64,000 bases of DNA from Candidatus Latescibacterota bacterium (GTDB lineage: Bacteria > Latescibacterota > UBA2968). The DNA is taken from NCBI GenBank assembly GCA_965198115.1, contig OZ240241.1:672001-736000 (forward strand). Reading direction: 5' to 3'. A program made the position numbers and the translations under genes. The notes below the pieces were generated by a model. That model did no database searches, was not told the origin of the DNA, and was given only the letters and a program-made list of their open reading frames with translations. Shown piece by piece: positions 9,726 to 19,412 of the stretch; the first letter of the stretch is position 1; every line of letters begins with the position of its first letter.

Positions 9726-10774
9726 CCCGCGTCCTCCTCACCATCTTAACGCACCACGACCTGCCCCGCCTCGAGCGCGCCGTCACCTCGGCAAAGCGGC
9801 AGCGCAGAGCCCGAAGCATCGCCGTGGAAAGCCTCGTCGTCGTAAACACCCTCGACGGCCGTTACGAGAAGGCAGTGCGCGAGACGTGCGCGAGGTGGGG
9901 CGTCAAGGCGCTGGCCACCGACAGCAACGGCAAGCCCGGGCGCGGAAAGAATGCGTGCCTCGATGCGTTCCTGTCTTCCGATGCGGACTACCTGTACCAG
10001 CTCGATGGCGACGATTTCCTCTACCCCACGTGGGCGCGATCTGTCGAAGCCCACCTGCGCCGCATACCGGGCCTTGATGCCCTCGGCATCGTCCCTCTCG
10101 ACTGCGTAGGATCAAGCGAAGGATTTTCGTGGACCCTGCCCGACGGATCCACTAAAGCCGGCGTGTGGACGGCTTCCGACGTCTATCCCTGGGAAGGAGC
10201 TGGGCCCGGACGGTCGCCTCTCTGGGACGTGTCCCTGTCGGCCTCACCCGACATGGTGCGCCTCGTCAGCCGGGAGACCGCCCTGACCTGGTGCTACGAC
10301 GAGGACCTGGCTGTAGGCGAGGACCACCTGATGTCCCTCAGGCTGCTCGCAAGCCACATACAGGGCGATCTGCACTACTGGGTGACAATGGCCTCGGACC
10401 AGATGGTCGTCGATCGTACGACGCCACAGAGCGTGCAGGACCAATATCCCCAGGCGGAAGAGGTGGGGAGGCTGCGCGATCTCGCAAGGCAAGCGGTTTA
10501 TCCTGAGCGCTCGGCGCACACCGAGCTGCCGATCCTCTACCCTGAGATCTTGATCGGGCCCGACGAAAAGAGAGCATGGATCGACCGATACTTTATTTCC
10601 AACCAGGAGGATACCAATGTCGGCAGAAACGGTGATGAGCGGGAATTTCAGAATTCGGAGGATCGTCGAGTCGGACAGGTACGAAGGCACGACGGTGACG
10701 ATGATGTCCACGGAAACACCGCCGGCCCTGGAGGTGGGCAGGGTATACGCCCTCACCTTCACGCCGGTGCCTGA
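9722..10774 (+). CDS. GT-A fold (family 2-like) glycosyltransferase
   Basis: GTG start overlapping the upstream TGA; 'VLLTILTH', 'SNGKPGRGKN', DxD motif 'QLDGDD', 'GED'; exact 3' end uncertain because it overlaps the next ORF. Confidence 0.8.
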   Translation: MTRVLLTILTHHDLPRLERAVTSAKRQRRARSIAVESLVVVNTLDGRYEKAVRETCARWGVKALATDSNGKPGRGKNACLDAFLSSDADYLYQLDGDDFLYPTWARSVEAHLRRIPGLDALGIVPLDCVGSSEGFSWTLPDGSTKAGVWTASDVYPWEGAGPGRSPLWDVSLSASPDMVRLVSRETALTWCYDEDLAVGEDHLMSLRLLASHIQGDLHYWVTMASDQMVVDRTTPQSVQDQYPQAEEVGRLRDLARQAVYPERSAHTELPILYPEILIGPDEKRAWIDRYFISNQEDTNVGRNGDEREFQNSEDRRVGQVRRHDGDDDVHGNTAGPGGGQGIRPHLHAGA

Positions 10775-10811
10775 CGCAAATCAGGGCGCGGGACAGGACC
10801 AGGGAACGTAG
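10617..10811 (+). CDS. Small hypothetical phage protein
   Basis: Strong AGGAGG RBS; 64 aa ending 'GRVYALTFTP'. Confidence 0.6.
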   Translation: MSAETVMSGNFRIRRIVESDRYEGTTVTMMSTETPPALEVGRVYALTFTPVPDANQGAGQDQGT

Positions 10812-10963
10812 GTTGGGGGGCTTTCAAGATCGTGGCTGCTGATCCGGTTGAGCGTTATCTTGGACCACCAAAAAACAGCCACGATCACCTGCACAGATAG
10901 CGTGCGAGCGTGTGCGCACGGACGCTTGCGACGGCGGGCGCCGCAGGAGAAGAGTGCGAGACG

Positions 10964-11983
10964 ATGATAACGGAAGACGATCTGGTGCGCTTTCAGTGCT
11001 TGCGTGACGAGCTGGAGACGTCGAGGGAGCTCCTCAAGTCGGGATTCGGACACCTCCAGGAAATAGACATGGGGAACACGTTCTACCACCTGCCGCATCA
11101 ACTGCTGGCGAGCGGTTTCGAACGCTTGATGAAGTGCTACATCGCCGTTGTTCGCAAGGGCCGTGACGGGGCCTACCCCGACAGGGCGGCGATGAAGTCG
11201 CTCGGGCACGACCTAGAGAGCCTGCTAGAGACGATCTGCACGAAGTACTACGGCGGAACGCAACGAGACCTGGTGCAACAGGATCTCGCGTTCATCAGGA
11301 CGGATCCCGTGCTGAACGATTGCGTGAGAATCCTATCCCTGTTCGGGAAGATGGGCCGTTACTACAACCTCGACGTTGTGGCGGGGGCGGGCCACGGGCC
11401 AATGGACCCCGAGGGCAAGTGGAAGGCGCTGGAGTCCCGTGTGGAGGACCCGATTCCGTATCTTGGCAATCAGGAGCGGCTGCACCGCGACTACTACCCG
11501 CGAGTGAACAGTGGGTTGATTGCCAGGATGGAGCGGCTGGTCCGGGCGATCGCCATGCAGTTCACGCTTGGGGGGCACCCCGGAGGTGAACTCAGACTGC
11601 TCTCAGTCGTGTACCAGGAGTTCTGGAACCTCCCGGACGACCAATTCGGCAATGTCGAGTATCGCCGTTCGGTGGAGATCCTCAGGGGCGACACCGACCA
11701 GTGGATCAGGCGCTCCGACCAGGAGATCGCGGCATCGGGCTGGCCGTCGCTTGCAGTCAGCAAGGCAGAGTTCGGTGACGAGTGGCCGTTTCGCGACGAC
11801 CGGGTGACCGTCGAGCGCCGGGAGGGTCTGTTCTACATCGTCAACATCGGCGGTTACGACTTCGCGCTCAACGGTGCGGCACGGAGCCGGTTCGAGTTGC
11901 CATCTGTGCACGACGCGGGCGTGGCGGTGCTGGGGAAGTCGGTGGGGCCGTTCATTGAGATGGCACACGGACTGTCGGCGTGA
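10964..11983 (+). CDS. Moron protein with a HEPN-like N-terminal domain
   Basis: 'GFERLMK', 'GHDL' and 'GRYYNLD' pattern; lies between tail genes and att. Confidence 0.5.
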   Translation: MITEDDLVRFQCLRDELETSRELLKSGFGHLQEIDMGNTFYHLPHQLLASGFERLMKCYIAVVRKGRDGAYPDRAAMKSLGHDLESLLETICTKYYGGTQRDLVQQDLAFIRTDPVLNDCVRILSLFGKMGRYYNLDVVAGAGHGPMDPEGKWKALESRVEDPIPYLGNQERLHRDYYPRVNSGLIARMERLVRAIAMQFTLGGHPGGELRLLSVVYQEFWNLPDDQFGNVEYRRSVEILRGDTDQWIRRSDQEIAASGWPSLAVSKAEFGDEWPFRDDRVTVERREGLFYIVNIGGYDFALNGAARSRFELPSVHDAGVAVLGKSVGPFIEMAHGLSA

Positions 11984-12099
11984 CCGAGGGGGGGTCGCGT
12001 ATGTCTAACTGGACAGGTTGCAGGCGTGGACTTGGAATCCCATACATACGGTGTATGACCGAGATTACGTGGAGAAGTTCTACAAGCACCTTGAGCCGG

Positions 12100-12245
12100 A
12101 TACAGGGTGGGGGAAACATCCGCGCCTCCAGCTGCTCACGATCAAGGACCTCCTCGACGGGAAACGCATCGACTGTCCACCATCCAAGGTTGACGCACAG
12201 GCGCGCCCGGCCCAAGGACAGGAAAGCAGATCAGATGGAGATTGA
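12100..12245 (+). pseudogene. C-terminal remnant of a DNA methylase/restriction endonuclease fusion
   Basis: 'WGKHPRLQLLTIKDLLDGKRIDCPP' resembles the conserved tail of such proteins; no upstream body. Confidence 0.5.
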
Positions 12246-12421
12246 CCGATTCGCCTGAATGGAATGAGAAGGCTCGTGAAGAGGTCTGCCATATTTCTGC
12301 CACGGAACCCCCAAAATCGGTATCTTTTGGGGGTATGGTGTAAAGTTAGAATGTTCACATAAACCTTTGCTGTAGAGTTAGTTGCTGAAAAATAACGGCT
12401 TGAGAAAATCGTCTTTTCATA

Positions 12422-12467
12422 CTTCGGGAGCAGGAGGCCGAAGGTTCAAATCCTTTCGCCCCGACCA
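12422..12467 (+). tRNA. 3' fragment of tRNA-Pro(CGG), prophage attachment site
   Basis: CTTCGGGA anticodon region, GCAGG stem strand, GAAGG-TTCAAAT-CCTTT T arm, acceptor strand and CCA; no 5' half or D arm upstream. Confidence 0.88.
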
Positions 12468-12477
12468 ACTATAAATT

Positions 12478-12533
12478 AAACGGGCAGTGTGACTTACGGA
12501 AAAACATCCGATTCGTCGCACTGCCCGTTTTTT
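12478..12533 (+). terminator. Long hairpin with T-tract after the tRNA fragment
   Basis: AAACGGGCAGTGTGAC ... GTCGCACTGCCCGTTTTTT. Confidence 0.7.
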
Positions 12534-14093
12534 CTTTTTATCTAAGCTGTGTCTAATGAATGGAGCAAAGCGAAAGGTTGACGCCTATTCAGATGTGCAC
12601 TAACTTCTGACTGATTCTGTCGGTTTCTGATTGGTCGGTAATCATTCACGCATCGTGAGTTTCACCGAGTTCGATCACTGTGGGCTTGGGGTCAAAGCCA
12701 GGGGGGCATAAAAGGACCGCCTGGCTGAGCCTTCTGTTCCGTCGGATAAGGGGGATAAGGATGAAGCGTCGGCCAGGGCGTCCACCAAAACCTTTCCTTG
12801 AGAAGAAGCGGACCTACATCAGGTTCTGGGATTTTCTTAAGCGGGGACGGGGCGGTTCGCTTGATCCGGTCGAGGTGTTTGACGTGTTGTTCAAATGGCA
12901 ACCAAAGTCTTGCAGGATGTGCCAATACCACCTCTTGATCGAGGAGGTCCGCCGATGCCTTGGAGTGGTCCACCGGAACAACGAGAAGGTCCTAAGTCGA
13001 AGGGGCGCTCACGGGAAGAGGCAGCTCATTGCGGATCTGATGAGTCTTTGGACAAGCGACGACCCTTACCCGTTCAATTTGGACCTCGGCGATCCCCACC
13101 GGCACGGGTGGGTTCCCCTGGGATTTCGCGGGCCCGGTGATAACAAGGTATATGTCGATCGAGAGCTCGTCGGGCTGGGTGACGGAATAGACGGAATAGA
13201 TTACGACCTCGTGGGGCTACCGAGGGAGAAGGGAAAATACACAGTTAAGTTTCGCAGAAGCCGCTCGGAAGGCCGGGTTATCGACCACAGCACCAGAGTG
13301 TTACACTTCGGTGATCCGGTGGCAGATGAGGTCTGGGAGAGTCGTCATCGTGGCATATCAGGTGGGGGCTTCTGGGATGTAATCAGGGGGAACCTCGTCT
13401 ACATTGAGGACCCTGGTTCACCGGAGGAGGATGACGAAGTAGCAGCATTTCTGGCCGAAGTGAACGGCCTGCATTCGGGATTCCACATACCCGAAGAGTG
13501 GAGGAGGAGGGGTGTCCGCGCTGAGAGCTTTAGCCGTATCGTCAAGAAGAGGCTCGGGGGGTCAGGGCGGCCCGATCTTGAGTTGGAGGCCGTAGACGCG
13601 AAGGGAATCCGTCGCCTGCTTTGCTCGCCGGACGTGCTCGACAGAGCTGTAGCTGTCTACCTGATCAAAGTGGCCCAGGGCGCGGAACCGTCAGCTTTAG
13701 AGCCGGAACCAACCGTCAAACGAGCCAGCAGACCCCACATGCACACAGAGGAGGCAAGGCAAGTCCTCTTGGACGCTGTCCAGGAAGATGTAGTCGCTGT
13801 CGTAAGTGCATGGCTGAGGGGCAGAGGTAAGGAGATTGTCAGGCACCTCGGGTACGCAGAAGCAGAAGCGGAGATCCTATCCGTGGCGCGGTTCCTGGCC
13901 GGAGGGCTCATCTATGGGGATAGGCCAAGGGATTTACGGGAACTCCTAATGCGAATCGGAAAAGCTGGCGAGTATGAGCTACTTGCCTCGAAGCGGCTGG
14001 ACCAGTTGCTAAGACGACACATCGAGTTTGATCTCTACGTCGTGTCGTGGGCCTATATGGTCAAGTCCCATAGTCAGTTGAAACTCATCGGGC

Positions 14094-15467
14094 GAGTTCA
14101 GGTCAATAGGTGTGTAAAAGAAATCAGGCGGCCATCTTCCCGGCTTCGACCTGCGGTCCGGTTGAGTGTTTCTGATCGTAGACTTGTTGTAGCAAGTGTG
14201 GCGCGGTGAGTTTCCTGAATCGGCTCTCTGCGACCTTGAGCGTACGCCAGATGAGAGTCGTGGCGTTCCTGACTTTCTTGAATCGCCTGGCGGCGTTTGT
14301 GCGAAGCCGAACGGAAGCAAAGGGGCTCTCGACGACGTTCGTGGTTCTCAGGTGTTTCCAGTGTTCCTTCGGGAAGTCGTAGAACGTGACCATCCGATCC
14401 CAGTCTCTTTCGAGCGTCTCCACGGCGGCAGGGAACTGTGAGCGATACCGTGCGGCAAAGCGTTTCCGGAGCTTCTCGGCCTCCTTTTTCGTGCCGGCAT
14501 AGGGGATCTGGACGAGCAGTGCGCGGGCTTCAGCCTGTGCACGCTTGGCGACCTTGTCGAGCACGTTGAGGATCTTGTGGTTCCAGCACCGTTGTTGCCG
14601 GCTCTCTGGCCAGACCTGATCAACGGCCGCCCAGATGCCCATATTCCCGTCCGCGGCGATCAGGACAGGATGTTCGAGCCCGCGATCCCGGAGATCCCGT
14701 AGCACCGTGAGCCAGGATTCTGTAGACTCTCGATAACCGGGTTCTATCGGCAGGATCTCCTTGCTGCCGTCGCTCATCGCGCCGATCACGACCAGCAGAC
14801 ACGCCTTCTCGCGCTCGAGCCCGGCTTTGACGTAGATGCCATCAGCCCAGGCGTAGACCAGTTCGCGATTATCCAGACGCCTTTCTTTCCAGTCCTGGAA
14901 GTCGACCTCCCACTTCCCTCGAAGACGAGCGATCGAGGTCGGCGAAAGCGGCGCGCCATCACCGAGCAGCGCACGCAAAGACAACTCGAAGTCGCCCTGG
15001 GAGAGACCGTGGAGATAAAGGTCGGGAAGCAGATCTCCAATGGCCCTGGTTCTCCGGGCGAACAGGGGGAGGATGCGGCTTTCAAACCGCTCTTCCAGAC
15101 CACGAACCCGGGGACGCCGGACCTTGATCGTTCCGCAGCTCGTCGAGAGACGCCGGGGCTTGCCGTAGCCGTTCCTGTAGCCCGTGGAGCTATCGACCTC
15201 GGCTCGGCGCTCATACCACGACCGGCCCAAGAACGCGGTCGCCTCCTCCTCCAGAATGGACTGGAACCGGCCCTGGATCTCTTCACGGATCCAATCGTCA
15301 ACCGTCTCCCACGTCGGCATGGACTTCAATGGGGCTCTATGCGTATGTTCCTTCACGGCGATCCTCCTTCCCAACCGGGCCTCTCACCCGGTTTTGTGTG
15401 AATCAACTATCTCACGGGAAGGGTAGGGTCGCCCTTTCTCTTTTTCCACACCTTTTGATTATAGCTC
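14094..15467 (-). mobile_element. IS256-family element A, copy 1 (1374 bp; transposase 14124-15374)
   Basis: Imperfect IRs; 8-bp TSD CATCGGGC; Mutator DDE motifs 'WADG', 'QRCWNHK', 'RTTNVVES'. Confidence 0.95.
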
Positions 15468-15485
15468 CATCGGGCTCCGTGGTAT

Positions 15486-16730
15486 TCATGCTCTCTGCCG
15501 AGCATCTTGATTGTCGCCGAGATTCAGGTTGTTTTTCAGTGCTTGCCTGAGCAGCGGGTGTTTGTATCCGCTCACGCGTCGCAGGCGTGGTTCGATGTCG
15601 AGGAGTGCGGCCGCGACCCATCTGTGTCGCTGAGGAGAGTTGTTCCAGCGGTTGACCTTCCGTATCAGGTTGCCGGTCATGCTGTTGAGCGCCTCGATGC
15701 AATTGGTGGTTCGGAAGCTTCGCTTCAAGAACGGGAGCATCCCCAGCCGGTGGAGGGTCAGGGTTTCCTCCAGTCCTTCCTCGAGGCTTGCCACGGCAGA
15801 CTGATTCATCAGCTTGAGTTCGGGTTTGAGTGATTCGAGTGCGGCCTTTGCCTCCTCGTAGGTGTCGCAGTCATAGGCTTTCTGAAGTTTCCGTCGAACT
15901 CTTGGACGTTCTGCCTCCGGGAGGTAGCTGACGACGTTCTCGCGCTTGTGCCACTGACAGCGATGCACGCACACATCCCCTTTGAGGGCTTTGGTGACGG
16001 CACTGCGGAGTCCCTTTGAGCCGTCCAGCACAACGAGAAGGCCCTGGTCGTAGCACAGGCCTCTCCGGATGAGATCCTGGATCAGCTGACGGCAGATCCG
16101 TTCGTTCTCCGTCGCCGATTCGACGAAGCCCAGGGGGATCTTCTGGCCGTCCGTCGTGACGCCCGGAGCGATCACGATCTCTTCGTCGGCAAAGCTCTTT
16201 CCGTCGATGAACAGGGCGACCAAGTCGTAGTCGTCGAGCGGTCGTTCCTGGAACTGCTTCAGCTTCTTTGCGGTGGCTTTGATGAACCGTCGCGAGACGG
16301 AGGATGCCGAAATTCCGAACGCTTCGGGTACCGACTCTGCATAGGCTCTGTAGTTGCGACAGGAGATTCCCTTGAGCACACGAAGCAGCAGCTTCTCATC
16401 CATCGCTCTGGGCCTCTGCATCCCCCGGTATGCGGCCAGAGAAACCTCCGTATCGGACTCGACGTCGCGCACACGGGGAACGGCCACCGGCAGCTTCTGG
16501 TCCATCAGATACACGGACCCTTTCTGGCTTCCCCATCGACGATGCGACTGCTCTGAACCCTTACGCGCATACCGAACGCCTGCGAGCTGCTCCACCTCCT
16601 GCTGGAGCACGTCGGCAACGGCCTCCAGACCCAGCGGAATCAGCGCCCGGATCACCGATAAACGCGTCTCCAAATCCATAACGTCTGACCCAACCTTGAC
16701 TTCGCCATCCCCTGCAAATAGCTTCTCCAT
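15486..16730 (-). CDS. IS256-family transposase (element B)
   Basis: 'LFIDGK', 'LDGSKGL', 'HRCQWHK', 'RTTNCIE'. Confidence 0.92.
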   Translation of the reverse strand: MEKLFAGDGEVKVGSDVMDLETRLSVIRALIPLGLEAVADVLQQEVEQLAGVRYARKGSEQSHRRWGSQKGSVYLMDQKLPVAVPRVRDVESDTEVSLAAYRGMQRPRAMDEKLLLRVLKGISCRNYRAYAESVPEAFGISASSVSRRFIKATAKKLKQFQERPLDDYDLVALFIDGKSFADEEIVIAPGVTTDGQKIPLGFVESATENERICRQLIQDLIRRGLCYDQGLLVVLDGSKGLRSAVTKALKGDVCVHRCQWHKRENVVSYLPEAERPRVRRKLQKAYDCDTYEEAKAALESLKPELKLMNQSAVASLEEGLEETLTLHRLGMLPFLKRSFRTTNCIEALNSMTGNLIRKVNRWNNSPQRHRWVAAALLDIEPRLRRVSGYKHPLLRQALKNNLNLGDNQDARQRA

Positions 16731-17055
16731 CGTGGGCTCCTTTCTTACGGGTACACGCTCTCACACGTCTACCCACAACGTAAGTTTTGAGCCCTTTAAG
16801 TTTCAACTAGGATAGGGACCTCACCGCCTATATCGAACTTGCTAAGCAGATCCATAGTTCCCACCTATCGCAGGGCGCCGTGGACATTCCGAATATCCTG
16901 ACGCTGTTGAAATCAGGAAAGGGACCGGACCCATCGGCTATACGCGAGTTAGGTCAGATAGCACAAGCCTGGTTGCGAAGTGCTGGGGAGTTGCAGGGGG
17001 GGTCAACGCACATGTTGGTGACATTCGTGCTCTCTTCGATCCCTTCTCCTGGCTG

Positions 17056-17688
17056 ATGGGGGAGAGGCTGCTGAATCTCACCACCGATAAGACTATGGAA
17101 GCTTTCGAGGAGGAGTATGCCACCCTGACCGATGAGGACGCTGCAGACACCTACACCCGCCAGGCGATGGCTGCTTCCCGAGTGGCAAATCGGAAAATCG
17201 TAAACAAGCGGGGTAGGGAAAGGCGGCAAGGAACTCATGGCGTTCGCTTTAACTGGAACGTCTACGATCCCGCTGTCCACCCGACCACCCTACCCGGATA
17301 CCTGCGGGAGAGACTGCCCTCATTACTCGACGACAGGCTGGCGCAGCAAGCTCCCCGTAAAGAGGGAACCGGGAAGCTCAACGTCAGCCTCGACGTCCAA
17401 GCTGAGAACTCGGAGGGTGGAGCCCACAGCTCGCCTGACCTTTCACGAAAGACCCTTCCCGACGATGCCGTTGAGCTTCTTGATTCCTGTCTTGAGGAAT
17501 TTTTCGAGGAAGCCAGGGTCTCTGAGAGGGATTCGAGGATACTGCGGATGCGCCACATCGACCGTCAGACTTACTCTGACATTGCCTGCGAGGTCGGCCT
17601 CAGCGACAGGCATATTAAACGAATTGTGAAGAAGTTCGACAGCTTTGAGCCGTGGCTGAAGGATCGGTTGTCCCGGCGCGGCGAATAG
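17056..17688 (+). CDS. Protein with C-terminal sigma-70 region 4-like HTH
   Basis: 'VSERDSRILRMRHIDRQTYSDIACEVGLSDRHIKRIV'. Confidence 0.7.
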   Translation: MGERLLNLTTDKTMEAFEEEYATLTDEDAADTYTRQAMAASRVANRKIVNKRGRERRQGTHGVRFNWNVYDPAVHPTTLPGYLRERLPSLLDDRLAQQAPRKEGTGKLNVSLDVQAENSEGGAHSSPDLSRKTLPDDAVELLDSCLEEFFEEARVSERDSRILRMRHIDRQTYSDIACEVGLSDRHIKRIVKKFDSFEPWLKDRLSRRGE

Positions 17689-17752
17689 CGCACTTCTGCA
17701 CGAACCACTCAGAAAAACCGGGGGTCATCCTTATTGGATGTCCCTCTTTTTT

Positions 17753-19171
17753 GGCTCTATCCGGGTTTCTCAACGGTGAAACTATAGAATGACAAGGTCA
17801 TAGATCGTTCCCTACGCTTGGTTGTGTGTGTAGGACAATCAAAGCGAAGGGGGTGCGACCTATGACCGGGAGCAGATTACTATCGAAACTGCTGAGATTC
17901 AAGGGGTTCCGTGTTGTCAGCTGGTGGTTTGAGGGGAGAAGCTGTTTCGTCATCGCCGTAAAGCCACATAAGAATGGTTGTTGTTGTCCGGAGTGCGGCC
18001 GTCGAGGTAAAATCGTCCGCACAATGCCCCATCCGCGTCGGTGGCGTGACATTCCGGTGTGCGGGTGGAGGGTCTGGCTTCTCTACCATCCTCGGGAGAT
18101 TCGGTGTCCTACCCACGGTCGTGTGGTCGAGGAGATTCCGTGGGCGGAGCGGTTCTCTCGGGTGACGTATCGCTTCGAGTATGCCATGCTGCGCTACTGC
18201 CAGACCATGACGCAGAAGGCGGCGTCCGAGTTACTGCGCATCTCTGCCTCGACGCTGTCGGATCTCCTTCACCGATCCATCACGCGGCTTCGTGAAGGTC
18301 ATCGTATCCGAGGGCTCAAAACCATCGGGATCGACGAGATCTCCTACGCCAAGCGTCACAGGTACGCCACGCTCGTTTACGATCTGGACCGCTCCTGCGT
18401 GGTGTGGGTTGGCCGCGGCAGGGCGCGTAAAACGATCGATCGGTTCTTCACAGAGGCTCTCAGTCCCTACCGGAGATCCAAGATCGAGTGGGCCTGCTGC
18501 GACATGAGCGAAGCTTACATCGGAGCCATCCAGGAACACTGTCCGAATGCCAAGCTGGTCCTCGATCGCTTTCACATCGTCAAGGCTCTCAATGCCGCCG
18601 TTGACGAGGTCCGTAAGGACCAGTGGCGTAAAGCTGCCCCGGATGAGCGCAAAGCCATGAAGGGCCTCCGAGGCTCCTCTACCGGCACTCAGCGACACGC
18701 TCCGGAGGGGATACTCGGACACTCAAAGCACTGGAGGAGGCGAACTACCGAATCTATAGAGCCTGGAGACTCAAGGACGAGTTCGAGCAGTTCTGGGAAT
18801 ACAAAGCGCCCTGGGCTGCCGAACGCTTCCTGAAATGCTGGACGACGTCCGCACTCAGAAGTCGACTTGAACCCCTGCGAAAGTTCGTCAGGACCCTGCG
18901 ACAGCACTTCTTCGGCGTCCTCGCATTCGTGAACACGCGTCTTACCAACGCCATCGCCGAAGGCCTCAACCGAATCGTCCAAATCGTCAAGAACCGAGCC
19001 AGCGGATTCCGCACACTCGACGCATTCAACGATATGATCTTCCTTACCGTCGGAGACATAAACATCCCTGAGCAGATTCCGAAGAGGTTCCGCACACTCT
19101 AACCGCGCCCCCATGCCAGGAACCACGGCACCTTCACCCACTTCATCTCGTTGAGAGATCCGGATATAGCC
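17753..19171 (+). mobile_element. ISL3-family element, copy 1 (transposase frameshifted near 18672)
   Basis: Ends GGCTCTATCCGG...CCGGATATAGCC; flanking duplication CTTTTTT; 1-bp deletion relative to the other copies. Confidence 0.93.
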
Positions 19172-19412
19172 CTTTTTTAGGCCTCGTGATTGTGCACCGA
19201 TGACACACGTGTTTCAGACTCGCCATAGACAACAGCGGCGCACGACTTCCTTCCTCCACCGGGTACCCAGGGCTGTCGCTCTGGGCTATGGGATGCCGCC
19301 CTTTGTTGAAACCTTCAACCTTCTGCGACCTCTGAGCTCCCTGCGGTAAGAGCTTTTCGTCTTTGCTCGTCCTCACTGCGGTCCTAAATTGTTCGCAATC
19401 AGGTCTTTAAAG

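Larger units (their letters stand above)
1..12467 (+). mobile_element. Prophage, right part (siphovirus-type tail module to att site); left part outside the window
   Basis: Co-directional, tightly coupled tail genes (tube, chaperone G/GT, HK97 gp10-like, tape measure, tip/fibre) ending at a 3' tRNA fragment. Confidence 0.88.
14059..16825 (-). mobile_element. IS256-family element B, copy 1 (contains nested element A)
   Basis: IRs GGTCAAGTCCCATAGTCAGTTGAAACT and GGTGAGGTCCCTATCCTAGTTGAAACT; 8-bp TSD GCCTATAT at 14051-14058 and 16826-16833. Confidence 0.93.
12761..17056 (+). pseudogene. Large hypothetical protein with N-terminal AT-hook-like motif, split by nested IS256 elements
   Basis: 'MKRRPGRPPKP'; removing 14059-16833 restores an open frame to TGA at 17054-17056. 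Confidence 0.6.

Noticed and set aside
1-10811. Gene transfer agent or tailocin rather than a prophage
   Set aside because: The adjacent tRNA-derived att site and moron favour an integrated phage; head genes lie outside the window, so this cannot be fully excluded.
12390-12467. Complete functional tRNA-Pro
   Set aside because: No 5' acceptor strand, D arm or full 5' anticodon stem upstream of 12422.
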